A DNA stretch of 63,986 bases, filler included, from Phoronis australis (taxonomy: Eukaryota; Animalia; Phoronida), in assembly GCA_002633005.1 (NCBI GenBank). It is 5 parts of 5 records of this genome, joined end to end, with 100 filler letters (N's around TTAATTAATTAA, not from the genome) between each part and the next. Parts side by side here need not be neighbours in the genome. Positions count along the whole stretch, not along the records: positions 37,212 to 55,297 come from NMRA01001474.1; positions 55,398 to 61,215 come from NMRA01002266.1; 3 more parts are not named here. One strand, given 5' to 3'. Positions 48,143-60,531 of the stretch are shown in pieces. Numbering within the stretch: the stretch's first letter is position 1; the number at the start of each line of letters is the position of its first letter. A program made the translations under genes and the position numbers. Under the pieces are notes generated by a model. That model saw nothing but the letters and a program-made list of their open reading frames with translations, did not search any database and was not told the origin of the DNA.

Positions 48143-49304
48143 GTATGTGGTGAACTCCGCTGTAACTAATTTTTTCAGTCTCACATCGTTCTTGTCGTGT
48201 TTAAACGCAATGGTGAGTGATTTCAAAAACTTTTTAACTATGCAGTTAAAATGTTTTTTGAAAATGCATTTCATGATGACATTTGAAGAACAGAACTATT
48301 TTGAGGTTTGTACCTTAACTAATATTTCATCTCTGAGTTAGAAAGTCCGATGCTTTTCTCTGCAACAGAAACCTTTTTCTCTGAGACGGAAATGCGATTT
48401 TTATTTTGGTTCTAAACTCAAAGAACGGAGTATATTTTCTTGCCCAAGCTGCGTCTTATTGCTTGCACAAAAAGCAATTCAGTGAAATGCTGCTAGCTGT
48501 TGCACAAACGTTCTTTTTTCCAGACTCCTGCGTCTATTTAAGTGGCACTCCAATCAACAAGACACTTGTAGCAGACGTTGACACCCAAAAGTTCTCGAAG
48601 CAAGAAAATACATCTATTTTCCGGATCACGGATAGTATTCCGTCCGAAACTTTGTCGTTCCTCATTATTGGTGATGTCGCTTCAGATATCGCTTGCCTAA
48701 TCACATGTTCCAGGAATGCTTGTTGTGATCACGTGGTTTACTCCAGAAAGACAAGCGATTGCTTTCTAACGCGTGTATCCGACTAACAGTAGGCGTCAAC
48801 CAACTGCGATCAGTAGACTGAGTACAAGCATGACTCCCGACGAGAACTCTTAGTCTGGGCGAAGACCACAGTTCGAGTAGTCTGAGTCAGTGAAAGCTCT
48901 TGTTTGCATAACTGTCTCAAGTTTCCTGGAAAATGGCATAACAGATAGCAAGTACACTCTATTTGGTTTCTCAAAAATACAACAAAGCCATATCTTTTAC
49001 CTTGCTACGTTCCTCAAACAATTGAGATGCAAAAATGATCAAAAAGTGAAATGTTAGCCCTTTTGTACTTAAAGGCACTATTTCCGCTTCATTTTTGTTA
49101 AAAACTTCATGAAACGGATCTTTACGCAAACACTTTTATTCGAAACCTAAGCCCAAATAATAGCCTTTGCCATGGCATCGAATTTTTTTATAGTGAACTG
49201 AATTTAATACAGATTTTTTTAGCTTAATTTTTTCATTTTGTGTGGTGCACCAAGAAATAAATGGATGCCGGACGAAGTGTCAATCGAAAATTCGAGTGTC
49301 GAAT

Positions 49305-49548
49305 ATGAACTTGGAGTTTCGGTTAATCTCAAGATCGTGTACAGGCCTACGTGAACTCGAAATACCCACTCAAATAATCACGTTCATGCTAATATAATTA
49401 GTTAACGGGTGAAATAAGTGCTTCTGGAACAAATAATTACAGAAATTTGCTACATTGAACAAAATATTCACCAGATTTCTTTAATGTGTGTTTAATTAAG
49501 AGCTCACGCTTACGCGATCTTCAGATTAAGCAAAATTCAAGTTCACGC
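49305..49548. repeat. Inverted-repeat interspersed element, related copy at ~57753-58293
   Basis: TGAACTTGGA..TTAATCTCAAGATCG ... CGATCTTCAGATTAAGCAAAATTCAAGTTCA. CACTCAAATAATCACGTTCAT is shared with ~57989-58009. Confidence 0.6.
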
Positions 49549-50618
49549 ATACCAAACAAGTAATGGCAGGCGTTCGGTATAAGATAGGTTGTCCTCCGTT
49601 GAAAAGGCTTGCTAATCGTCCTCAAGTTGACTATTACCGCCGTAAAGTTTGAAATGAAGATCAGTTTGGGTGCTGGACTTATCTGCGATCCCAGATGGCT
49701 GTTACACGGTCTCAGTAAGGAAAGATTTTGCTCGACAGGTAAGTCGTCAACGAATGACCGAGGCGCACTTTCAATGCTAACCATAAAGTTTTCTGAATGT
49801 TATGGTAGATTTATTTTACTGCCTACCAGTACACCGACATTACAATATTCCTGTAGTAAAATTCTTGGTGTCTTTGACTGAGTATTTTTTGCGTTATTTT
49901 ACTGTTTTAGTTGTTTAGGCCACGGGCTCGGTTTCGTCCACTTGTGTAGTGGATTAATTTGAGCAAACAAAGAAGCCATATTTACAAGTGTTTCTCATGT
50001 AAAAGTAAGGGGACTCAAGGTAAGGGCTGTTGAAACCAATTAAGATTTGTTGTGTCATTGTGTGATCTAAGGCATANNNNNNNNNNNNNNNNNNNNNNNN
50101 NNNNNNNNNNNNNNNNNNNNNNNNNNNNNNNNNNNNNNNNNNNNNNNNNNNNNNNNNNNNNNNNNNNNNNNNNNNNNNNNNNNNNNNNNNNNNNNNNNNN
50201 NNNNNNNNNNNNNNNNNNNNNNNNNNNNNNNNNNNNNNNNNNNNNNNNNNNNNNNNNNNNNNNNNNNNNNNNNNNNNNNNNNNNNNNNNNNNNNNNNNNN
50301 NNNNNNNNNNNNNNNNNNNNNNNNNNNNNNNNNNNNNNNNNNNNNNNNNNNNNNNNNNNNNNNNNNNNNNNNNNNNNNNNNNNNNNNNNNNNNNNNNNNN
50401 NNNNNNNNNNNNNNNNNNNNNNNNNNNNNNNNNNNNNNNNNNNNNNNNNNNNNNNNNNNNNNNNNNNNNNNNNNNNNNNNNNNNNNNNNNNNNNNNNNNN
50501 NNNNNNNNNNNNNNNNNNNNNNNNNNNNNNNNNNNNNNNNNNNNNNNNNNNNNNNNNNNNNNNNNNNNNNNNNNNNNNNNNNNNNNNNNNNNNNNNNNNN
50601 NNNNNNNNNNNNNNNNNN

Positions 50619-50882
50619 CCTGCAGCTGGAATGGTACTTGGCATTGTTCTTTCTCAAAGTATTCTCTATCCCGCTGCCATCATCAAGTCTTGCGGGATCC
50701 AAATTTATTGGCAATTCATTGAGAGAATGAAATCGAGGAATATTCCTCCCCAACTGGCTATATCCGTCATCTTGCCGTTTCGAAGGATTTGAAAGTGGAG
50801 ACGTGAGATCTTCCTTCATCTCCGTTTGACAAAGGCAACATTTGTCCCAGTTGGTGCGCCAAAATGTTTTACTTGAAGCCAT
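50619..50882 (-). pseudogene. Academ transposase N-terminus, running into the gap
   Basis: MASSKTFWRTNWDKCCLCQ..GYSQL..LDDGSGIENTLRKNNAKYHSSCR (W..C.LCQ ... A.YH.SC), inside the TIRs and on the same strand as the C-terminal part. Confidence 0.75.
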
Positions 50883-52240
50883 TCTTATTTTATGATACGC
50901 AGGGTCGAGGATTTATCCTTTTACCACCCTGTGTCTCAGGCACTTTACTGTATGGGATGCGACTAGGTTCATGCATTTTGCCCTACTCCTAGCCCGATCG
51001 TTCATCCAACGCCATTTAAGTCCCGTGCGATCTGTACACCATCCGGATAACTATGAACCCCATTATCCTTGGCTCGGCTTTCCCGCGCTGGCACATCCTG
51101 TCAATTCAAGTGCGGCTGCTTAACTGATGGGGTAGATTAAACAGCATTTGGGACACTAAACAGGTATATCTAATAAAGATTCCTCTTCAGCTGACATTGA
51201 ACCCCATGCTGAGTTTCACAGCAGTAATTGTCACCAGTGTGCCCTGGTAGTGCCAGACAATTACTCACCAGACATTGTCTTCAAGTCATGACCCGTCATC
51301 TTCATGTTCAGTATGTTTAGAGGTAGACATGCTTCAGTTCTCACACACAGCTTTTGTGTGTTACTCTCACTTAGTTTTGCCCGCGAGCCAACGCGGTGTC
51401 CCGGGGTGTGGCCGTTGCTGCACAGCAACTTCTTGGAGCCATAAGTGAGAGTTGGCGTAGTGGTAAGGACCAGTGCCAGACGTCCATCCAGGGGATGTGG
51501 CTGACTGCTGAAACAAAGGTACTACCTCTACCACTACACCCGTACACCCCATGCATAATATATAATCAGCTATTGATACAAGACAAAAGCAGCATGACCA
51601 AAGCATTCGACCAGACAGAAAACATACAAATTGACCGAATTAAAGTGTATAATTGCCTATATCCTAACAATATATGTAATTGAGAGTGTTCACAGTGTCC
51701 AAAATGAATTAAGCATACCCAAAAGTATAACATTTGACACCAAGATTGCTAAAATCGGTTGGGTAGATACTGATTTACAAGGAAATTCATTATCACGAAC
51801 ACTTAATGGCGGCCATCTTGAAAAAATGGCCGCCATCTTGGATTTTCAGGTGGCTAGTCGGACAGATCTCTTTGGTATGCTATTATGAGTCATCATGAAA
51901 AATTTGGTGCTTGTATCATCATTTGCACAATTCTGGTGCATATTTGCACTTATCTGCCCAGCTAATCTGCTACAACATATACCAGACTGCCTGAAGTTAT
52001 TTTTTAATGCCTTTGTTACTCCATAATGTTTGACAATGCTCATTTTGAGATTTCTTTCAAACAAAAACAAATTTGTTGCGGTTTGGGAAGTAAGCCAAGG
52101 GAGCCACTTCCTGACTACACGGACCTGCATTTTGGGAGAACCACGTAACATTGTATTGCAAACTGTATTATGAGGCCAAGCCTTACGTACAATAACTATT
52201 TCTGTTTCTGATTCCTATCAATTTTCTTCCTTTCATTCAG

Positions 52241-52393
52241 CCGCTGTCCTCAAATCAGCTGTGGTCATTGATCCACGCTGCCTACGGCGAGGATTTGGGA
52301 TTGACAGCCAGCGACGATGACTATACAGCGCCATCTCCAGAGAATGTGCGGAACCTACAGTATGATCACTTCGACCGATCTATTATCAGAAAG
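52241..52393 (+). CDS. Putative internal coding exon of an unidentified gene (phase 0-0, 51 aa)
   Basis: Long pyrimidine tract with ttcattcag|, open frame PLSSNQLWSLIHAAYGEDLGLTASDDDYTAPSPENVRNLQYDHFDRSIIRK, donor AAG|GTAGGT, and higher GC than the flanks. Confidence 0.55.
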
Positions 52394-55300
52394 GTAGGTC
52401 TCGGATCTTTACTCTGTGTATGTGTGTTGATGCGTTTATGCGTGTTATTGTGTTTTTGTGGTTGGAAGGTCACAATAATTTCCTGTCAAATGTATTATTT
52501 TTAAAACAAAAATAACTCATTCTGGACGAAATTTTTTTTTTTTTTGGAAAACGTGTTGTTTGTGTCCAAATATGATCTTGTTGACGGACACTTTGCTTGG
52601 ATGTGTACTCTGTAACCTCGCAACAGCTGATAATTGTTGCCATGGATACGACTCGAGGATTAGTGTTTTCTGCAGGCAATCTTTGATGACACCATATTTT
52701 GCTCAGAGCTGTCTCCTGTGGATTTTTTAGTTGAATAAGAGGATTACATGGCGAAAGCAAGTCTTTGAAAAGATGACCAGCACGTGTGCAGAATTTTGAG
52801 TATTTTACAGTTTAGCACAGATGCAACTGAATGTAGTTATACAGAGGCGTTAAACTATTTCTTCCCTTATTGGCTCGTTATCTCTTTTCGATACATGTCC
52901 TCTCACATGACCATGAAAATGCTGGTTGGGCATTCTCATTAATGTGAACATAAAATTTTGCTGGTGGATAGCTATGAAGTTTTCAAAGAATGTTATATAT
53001 TTGTGACTACTAAATAGTGAGAAGAGGCTCGCTCTTAAAGTGGCATCTGATTGTTGGCCATGCCCACACTAAATGATTCCGCAGTTAACAGATGAAGAAA
53101 CGTAGGTTGAGCAGCTTCCTTTTCACCTTTAGTGTCTCCCTCTGTAACTACAAAGTCCCGCCGTGGTACTTCACGAAATGTCACTGATAAACAAAACAAC
53201 GCTTTCCTATTTTCACACATCGCTGGCATGAGTTGTGTCCCCCTAGTCGTCATTTTAGTATTTAATTATTGGTATGCACCTTTCTACCTACCAAACAGTT
53301 CGAGTTTCTATTGACGGAAACCTGGGCGACTTTGATTTCTGGATAGTACTGCTACGCCCCCTAGTAGCAGTTTATATTTTGCATTTGTCTCAATATCTAC
53401 CAAGTTTGAATAATGTGCATGGAATTTAACAGAACACATTTCATTCAGGAGCCAATAGCACTTAGTTATTTGCTCAGTTTTGGACGGTTCCTACTTGTGC
53501 TATGTTTAAGACCTGAATGCGCTTAGACAATCCTGAAATTGTCACTTAGAGAGTGGTGCATGTACGCATTTCCTGCAACTCTAGTTGGTAATGGAAAGGT
53601 GTCGCTATCACTCTAAGGAATATAATGAGACCGATTTTGTGAGAGTAAAAGGTCCATTAGATTTTTGTTTGCAACCAGCTTAACAGGTGAAACGCAACTC
53701 CTAAAAAAATGTATATATATTGTGTGGAGGTATGTGTTGCCGTGTTGAAACATAGGGAACAACTACTCTTATTAGTCAGTTCAGTTTGGAATTTCCATCT
53801 CGTCATTGCAGCTCCAGCCAGTCTGGCTCTTGTGTGCAGTCGAAAAAAGGGTTAACTTAAATTAGCAAAACTCCTGTCTTACTGTTAGCTCTATGTTTGT
53901 CAGTCTCTAGAAAGCAATTAACAAAATTTCAAGTGCAATTTCAAGGCATGTTTCGTGGGGAAAAACTCGAGTCTTTGCCACCTGTAGGGTCTCTGATTAA
54001 AACCACCCTCTTGTTATTCCTGGAAAGATTAACCATGATCCCTGTTCCATGCTGCCAAATCTGTCTTGTTTTAATTAAAGCTTTGCGCTGTTGATATTTA
54101 TCTGTCTGTCGTGACGCAAGTTGACGCTCTAGTAGGGGGCGGAACACCACATCCTTTCTGTCTAATCCCGTCACGCCATAAAGGTCAGTCGCAGGGCAAG
54201 AGTGTATGTATATAAGGCTGAGGTTGTCTCAGTTCGTCCATTCGTTGCGGGCACTCTTTCACAATGCTTATGACGATAAATCAACTGTTGCTGAGGCATT
54301 CGCCGCGTCTAAGACGGTGCAAAAAGTCGCGTCAGGTAAAATTCACTCTGGGTTGCTATTGGTCAATATTTTTCAATATAGTTTTTGTATTTTGCATATG
54401 GTAAAGAGTCCATGTTGTGGACAAAAATTGCTACAGCTTAAAATTTTGTCTAAGTAATGACATTGGTTGGAGACTGATCTTCTGTACAAACCCTGCAAGG
54501 AATGGTCATGTTACAGGGAAATTTTTCTCATTGAAATTTTCCGTTTCTGCCCCTTATTATCATGAATTGATTGCATGATGCTGTTTTTGGTACATGTAGT
54601 CTGCTCTCACTCTGTGCTTTCTTGTTTTCAATCTTGTGATGAGAACTACTTTGGCGTAAGGGGAGTTTAGAGTTGTTCAAAATTTAATTGGTTTCACACC
54701 CAGTTAATTTAAAGTGAAATGACTCGAGTCGTTTCTCAACAATTTGGCATATTTCAGTCAATTTCTAAAAAAATTGAAATTTAATAGTAAGAGCTATTTA
54801 TTCTTCATACTAGTGTGATGCTGTGAGTCCTTCAATGCTAACAACGTGTGCCTGGGGGCCTGAAATGCTTTTGCACTTCCGTGTTTGATTCTGTCGTCAT
54901 TACTCGAGTCAAAGGTGGAATTAGGTGATTTGCACTGATTATCAACTTGATCACTGTGTCGCAGTCATTCTCATTTAAGGAATTGCTATTTTTATTTCCT
55001 TGTTAGAATCGTGATTTTACATATTAGGTAAACAGCGCTCCACACAGGCGAGAATACCTACTCGAAAATACGAGTGACGGCATAGTTGATACTCGTATTC
55101 CGGGATTTGGGCTTGTAAAACTGACACCTTAATAAAAATGCTGAACATGGGTTCGGCGTGTGTACAAGTGACATGAATTTTTGCTTGTTTTCTTTTTCAT
55201 GTGGTGAACACATCCACTAGCACAAGAAACTGTAGGAACACTGCATTTATCCACCTTCACTCTTATCAGGCTTCTATTGTGAGTCAGCATGCGTGAANNN

Positions 55301-55397
55301 NNNNNNNNNNNNNNNNNNNNNNNNNNNNNNNNNNNNNNNNNTTAATTAATTAANNNNNNNNNNNNNNNNNNNNNNNNNNNNNNNNNNNNNNNNNNNN

Positions 55398-55457
55398 AAA
55401 GACAGACGCAGATGACGGCATAATGCGTCCGCATATGAAAATGTGGGCGCTTAAAAA
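55398..55457 (-). mobile_element. 5' end of a second HINE-like element at a gap edge
   Basis: Minus strand TTTTTAAGCGCCCACAT..ATGCGGACGCAT hairpin then GCGTCTGTC, the same layout as 18948-19030. Confidence 0.5.
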
Positions 55458-55509
55458 AGTGGAGGCTATAGCCTCCCCAGCCCCCTATGGTGCCGTTGCG
55501 CCGCCCATG

Positions 55510-55680
55510 AGTACAGGCCAGAGTTATAGGACCACCATTTTACACTAATACAGGCCAGGGTTAAAGGACCACCATTATACACTAGTACAGGCCAGAGTTA
55601 TAGGACCACCATTATACACAAGTACAGGCCACAGTTACAGGATCGCCATTATAAACTAGTACAGGCCAGGGTTATAGGAT
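55510..55680. repeat. Minisatellite, ~4.6 x 37 bp
   Basis: Unit AGTACAGGCCAGAGTTATAGGACCACCATTATACACT. Confidence 0.9.
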
Positions 55681-56335
55681 CAACTGAACTAAAGCATCAG
55701 AGTACCCACGATCGACACTCTTGTCAATTCGACGAATAAAAAATGTATTTAACGGTCTCACTTGTTAAATTGAATTCCTATTTGTCTCGCATGCAAACAG
55801 CTTGCACTGCATACGTGCCATCTTGTTAATGAGGAACTCGAAATTCACTAGGTGTCGCAACTGAAGCAAGGGATCTTGCCATAGAAATGCCCACATTCAT
55901 GCAAAACACGTGGCTCCCTTATCACAACAACGCCCTCATGCTGATGAATTGCCTACTGCTCTCAATCTAGTCAAATATAACAAAGGACTTTTATTCATGA
56001 GCGACACCTGGTGAGTATCGAGATGCTCATTCTTACTTACTGAGCCACATGAGCACAAAATCCTGGTTTTGTTTGAAGACCGATAATAATAAATTAAGTT
56101 ATCAGAGAAAGAAAACAACTGGGAAGTTACACGTGCTTTCAGAAAACTTTTGTAGGCCAGGTAAGTTGTTTTCTGTCACTAGTAAAATTTTTAAACTTCT
56201 TGATCGATTTCCTCTTAGTGACACCACTTGAAAGTCCTGGAAAATGTGTTCTTTGCATTCTGTAGGCTTTCTCACAAACGCTATAGAAATTATATGAAAA
56301 ACAAAATTAGGTGAAATGAGTCAATCATGGGGACA

Positions 56336-56703
56336 CTGGTCACATATTGCTGTCCATGATTTAGTGAACCAGTTACATCGATTGGTCGCCTATAGCTGTC
56401 CATGATTTAATGAACCAGTTTCAGCCACTGGTCACATATAGCTGTCCATGATTTAGTGAACCAGTTACATCGACTGGTCGCATATAGCTGTCCATGATTT
56501 AGTAAACCAGTTTCACCCACTGGTCATATATAGCTGTCCATGATTTAGTGAACCAGTTTCACCCACTGGTCACATATAGCTGTCCATGATTTAGTGAACC
56601 AGTTACATCGACTGGTCGCATATAGCTGTCCATGATTTAGTGAACCGGTTTCACCCACTGGTCACATATAGCTGTCCGTAATTTAGTAAACCAGTTTCAC
56701 CCA
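56336..56703. repeat. Minisatellite, 8 x 46 bp, two interspersed variants
   Basis: Unit CTGGTCACATATAGCTGTCCATGATTTAGTGAACCAGT followed by TTCACCCA or TACATCGA. Confidence 0.95.
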
Positions 56704-56943
56704 CTGTTTCAACTGTTCATTAATTACTGTGTAATTAGTCTCATTTCTGTCTGACATTTGTTAAACTTTTGATTCAACCATAGTCTGTGACGTGAAATCG
56801 GTCATAGTTATGAGCTGAAAATTGGAATTGCAATCTGGGATTTTGGCCAAGTTGTTAAAGATGACCTGGTAATTTCTTATTGTCGAGGTTTGATCCGTTA
56901 TTCAGTGATTGCCTGGTTCTCAAAATTAAGGAACCCTATGAGA

Positions 56944-57252
56944 GAGTGGGGAAATTTGCGTCACTTTTTGCATTTGGTTGTACTGTACTTAAGGTTAATA
57001 CTGTTTGGCATTAATTTGGTATCCAATACATAAGTGTTTGTTGTACCTATTGTAGCAATGTTTTTTGGTGATTTAACAGAAGACACCGTGCAATTGATCA
57101 GCCAAAAATCTCAGCCAAGTGGCACAACTTGCCCCAGGCATGGGAGGGGGGGGGTAAGTTGATCAACTGTCATGTATTGCACAAAAGAACTTGGCACACA
57201 ACGCATTAGAGGGGGTGGCTCAACTTACCCCATGCTACAACTTGCCCCACTC
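56944..57252. mobile_element. MITE with GAGTGGGG(C/A)AA.TTG TIRs
   Basis: GAGTGGGGAAATTTG ... CAACTTGCCCCACTC with internal CAACTT(G/A)CCCC repeats. Confidence 0.6.
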
Positions 57253-57767
57253 ATAGGCACCTTTAATCAACCTTACACTGCAATATACATCATAGTGACA
57301 TGACCAGCAGCTGGTTAAACGTACCTGTGGATAACAGTAGTCCAATAGATTTCCAATAATTAAATCCAGGCTGAGGCCAGGGAGTGACCGCCGGAGTCTG
57401 CGAGAGCGAGACCACTCCACTAGTAAGTGCCTCTCGAAGGCCAACAGTATGTTGGTTATATCTGAAATCAAACTGGGCTGAAGCAATTGTTATTAAATAT
57501 TCATACCTGAGATCCTGACATTCAAAAATAAATACTTGGGCTCGGCAGGATATTTTGGACTTGACAATTAAAAGCCCATTCGCAAACGCATCCAATCTCT
57601 CAATAACTTCTACTCTCACGACATCTGGCGAGCGATGAGGTAAATACGTGAGGTTGTAATGAGGTCACAAATTCCCGTCGCCTAACCTGGTTCCCGGGCC
57701 TCACAAGCTGACGTCACGGATTGCTTGTGAAGGGTCTGTGCAAGAGACCATAAGTGAACTTGGAGTC

Positions 57768-57925
57768 AGGTCCTGCCGGTTCAGTAGCGCTAGGACCTCG
57801 CTAAGAAGCAAGAGATTACGTCACTTGCCGTGTATTTTAAATGAGAACACGTAACTTTGACTAGGTTTTAGCTAGGTCCTAGCGTAGGTCCTAGCGTAGG
57901 TCATAGCGTCTACTGAACGCACGCC
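57768..57925. mobile_element. Small Harbinger-like MITE nested in the 57753-58293 repeat
   Basis: GTTCAGTAGCGCTAGGACCT ... AGGTCCTAGCGT repeats and CTACTGAAC form inverted ends. Confidence 0.55.
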
Positions 57926-59237
57926 TGCTTAACTTGATCTCAAGATTAAGCGGCGGAAGTGAGTGTTGCGTGAACTTGAATACGCGTTCACTCAAATAAT
58001 CACGTTCATATTCATAAAAATTTGCTCTGCACTAAGTCAAGTTACATTTGAATGAAATAATGTCAATTTTAACCAACGGGCGATCAGTTTCACCAAACAA
58101 TAATCGACTATTAAACCATTCACATATTCCTCCGGTTCAGTTACCGTAAAGGAGACAATGGTTGATCGCGAGGCCAATAATTACAAAAATTCTTTTCACC
58201 GAACAAAAATTTCACATTCATTGCCTTACAGAATATTCAATTCCAAGTTCACGCATACGCGATCCGAGATTAAGCAGGATTTCAAGTTCACGCCGCGGGC
58301 ACAGCAGCCGCGCAGTGTGGCCCTGGCGCCGCGGACGGTGCTCGACGTCTGGCGTGACTTCAAGCAGAAACCTCAAACCTACCAATCGTCTTTTTAAGGT
58401 CTTTAACTAACAACTATAAATTGATAGCCATGGACTTTCGTCAACGGAACATATAAAGCCTACCGTGAGGAATGATTTCGGCCCCTGAGTGTTGACGGAA
58501 ATGACGGCCTCTGATCGAGCAAAATGCTAGGGCGGATTTAGGATGTGGGGAGCCAAAAAAAAAAAACAGCAAATGCGTGAGGAAACATTGAGTTTGTTAA
58601 TTACTCCACTAATGAAGACTATATGGCCCAAACAACTTGCGATTTGACAATATTTGGATTTTTCATTAGCCTTGCGTATGGTCACAAGTGGGCCGGGGAC
58701 CCGCCTTGACCCAGTTTCAAGTGCTGGTCCGGTACTAGTGACGAAGTAATTGATTTTGACATCTTTGAATGCTTATTTTAGAACTACTGGAAAACCGTGG
58801 CACCAGAGTAGAGACAACGTCACTGCAGTCTGGTCAAGGAAAGCCCGGCCAATGCGTGATTGAAACGTGCACAGCTGTGCGCACCGAGCCCACGGAAGGG
58901 GAGGGGGCTCGGAGGACTTGAACGAACCCTCCTCCTCCTTTGGCGAAGTGGGCAAAAAGGTCTGCCTCAGCGAAACAAAAAACTTCGAAAAAGTAGAACA
59001 CGAGACAAAAGTCCACAAAGGGCAAGAATTACCAACATTCGGCGCACACTCATAGCTCTGACTAGTGGCGGATCTAGGATATCACAAGGGGGGGCAACAT
59101 TTTGTGTGTAAAAATTTACGCTAAGCACAATTGTAGATGATCAAGCATTTTTCTTGATTTCTGAAGTATTATCCAAGAAAAAAGGCAAAGAAAAAAAAAA
59201 CACGGAGAACGTGTCAAACCTGAAAAAGCGCATTTAT

Positions 59238-59299
59238 CACAGACTAGAACTCCCAAACCGGCGGATACAGAGTGCGCGCGCTTTACCACTGCACCACCA
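59238..59299 (-). mobile_element. tRNA-derived SINE head
   Basis: Minus strand GGTGGTGCAGTGGTAAAGCGC ... GGAGTTCTAGTC (A box, degenerate B box). Confidence 0.45.
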
Positions 59300-60378
59300 C
59301 GATTTCACTCATACTTTGATTCTAAGAGACCTAGTTGTTTATGGTCCACAGCGTTTGCGCTCGAAACCTAATTCTTTTTGTAATGCTTATTATACTTTTT
59401 ATATTTTGTGCAATCAGTTCGTAACGAATTTGTTGTATTTAAAATATTCTTCAATTGCCCAAAAGACCAAATCCGTTTTTTGTGTTGGCATTAATGATGC
59501 GATTGCTTTGCCGGGAAATCGTCTTTAAAGTTAAGGTTTGACAAAGAGAGAATTCTGAGTTTCTGAGTGATTCACTAACTAAAGGCTTCGATTAAAATTC
59601 ACATCTTACCAGCAGCTTTTATTTTCCATCGTCACTCAGATTCCATTTTCTTTAAAAAATGAAGTAAATTTTTCTTCATTGGCCAGTGAAGCAGACGACG
59701 GACACGGAGTCGTAGTGCGCAGCGCCACTGCCGGTCGTCTGGGATATCGCAGGAGAGCCTATATACTTAGCCATAGTTCCGTTACGATTGCGCCGTGTTC
59801 CGAGTTTGCCCCCCCTCCCCCCCCCCCCCCNCCCGTATAATGTTAATTACCGGGGGGGGGGTGATTAATAAACTCAACATTTCCCTACGCTCTTGCTGTT
59901 TTATTTTTTTGCGGGAGACAATGTGGGGGCGGGCCCCTTGCCCCCCCCCTAAATCCGCCTATGCTGAATCGGCGTAGGCCTACACTGTTTTTTTAAGTAT
60001 AAGACCCACATTCTCAAAAATTCGAGCCGCCATTTTTTAGGCGCGCATGCACAGCACTGATATAGGCCTAGTAGATCATATGCACGCTTCCTGTGATTCA
60101 TAGTTATCGTGGGAAGTAGAAAGATATATCCTTCAGCACACACGAAGACTGAAGCCTTTCTCGCCGCATTTTAGAGATGTGCAAACGATCGATTCCCGGC
60201 TCTCGGCCCGGCCTTGCGCTCATGCCACGTCCGGCGCAGGAACTGTGGAAGTTAAGCCGGGGTACGATATTTCTAGCCACTGATCCGAGCCATGCAGGCT
60301 CGAACTGAGCGAGGACATCCTGGAATGTTACTAATGTCAACGAGATCGAGTCAGTGTAGCCTAATTATATCATATATA

Positions 60379-60531
60379 TGGGCGGCGCACCATGGGGGCT
60401 GCCGGGGGTTTATAGCTCCCCCACCCGCCCTTATTTCAGTGCTGCGCTCACATGCGGTCTATGCCGGAGCGGTGCGCCACAGGAGGACTGGGAGCTATAA
60501 CCCCCCAGCTTTTTTCAGTGATGCGCCGCCC
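60379..60531. mobile_element. Short GC-rich MITE (GGGCGGCGCA TIR)
   Basis: GGGCGGCGCA ... TGCGCCGCCC with internal inverted TATAGCTCCC / GGGAGCTATA. A related end lies at 55464-55509. Confidence 0.7.

Larger units (their letters stand above)
46095..51964 (-). mobile_element. AcademX-type DNA transposon (family 2), inactivated, with internal replacement or insertion and an assembly gap
   Basis: ~260-bp imperfect TIRs: (A)AGCTGGGCAGATA..TGATGATACAAGCACCAAA..CCGACTAGCCACCT at 46095 vs AGGTGGCTAGTCGG..TTTGGTGCTTGTATCATCA..TATCTGCCCAGCTA ending at 51964. Encloses N- and C-terminal parts of one large ORF. No TSD recognisable. Confidence 0.87.

Noticed and set aside
50015-50792. 209-aa and 246-aa ORFs spanning the large gap
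   Set aside because: They consist mostly of X from Ns; only the minus-strand 50619-50882 part is meaningful.
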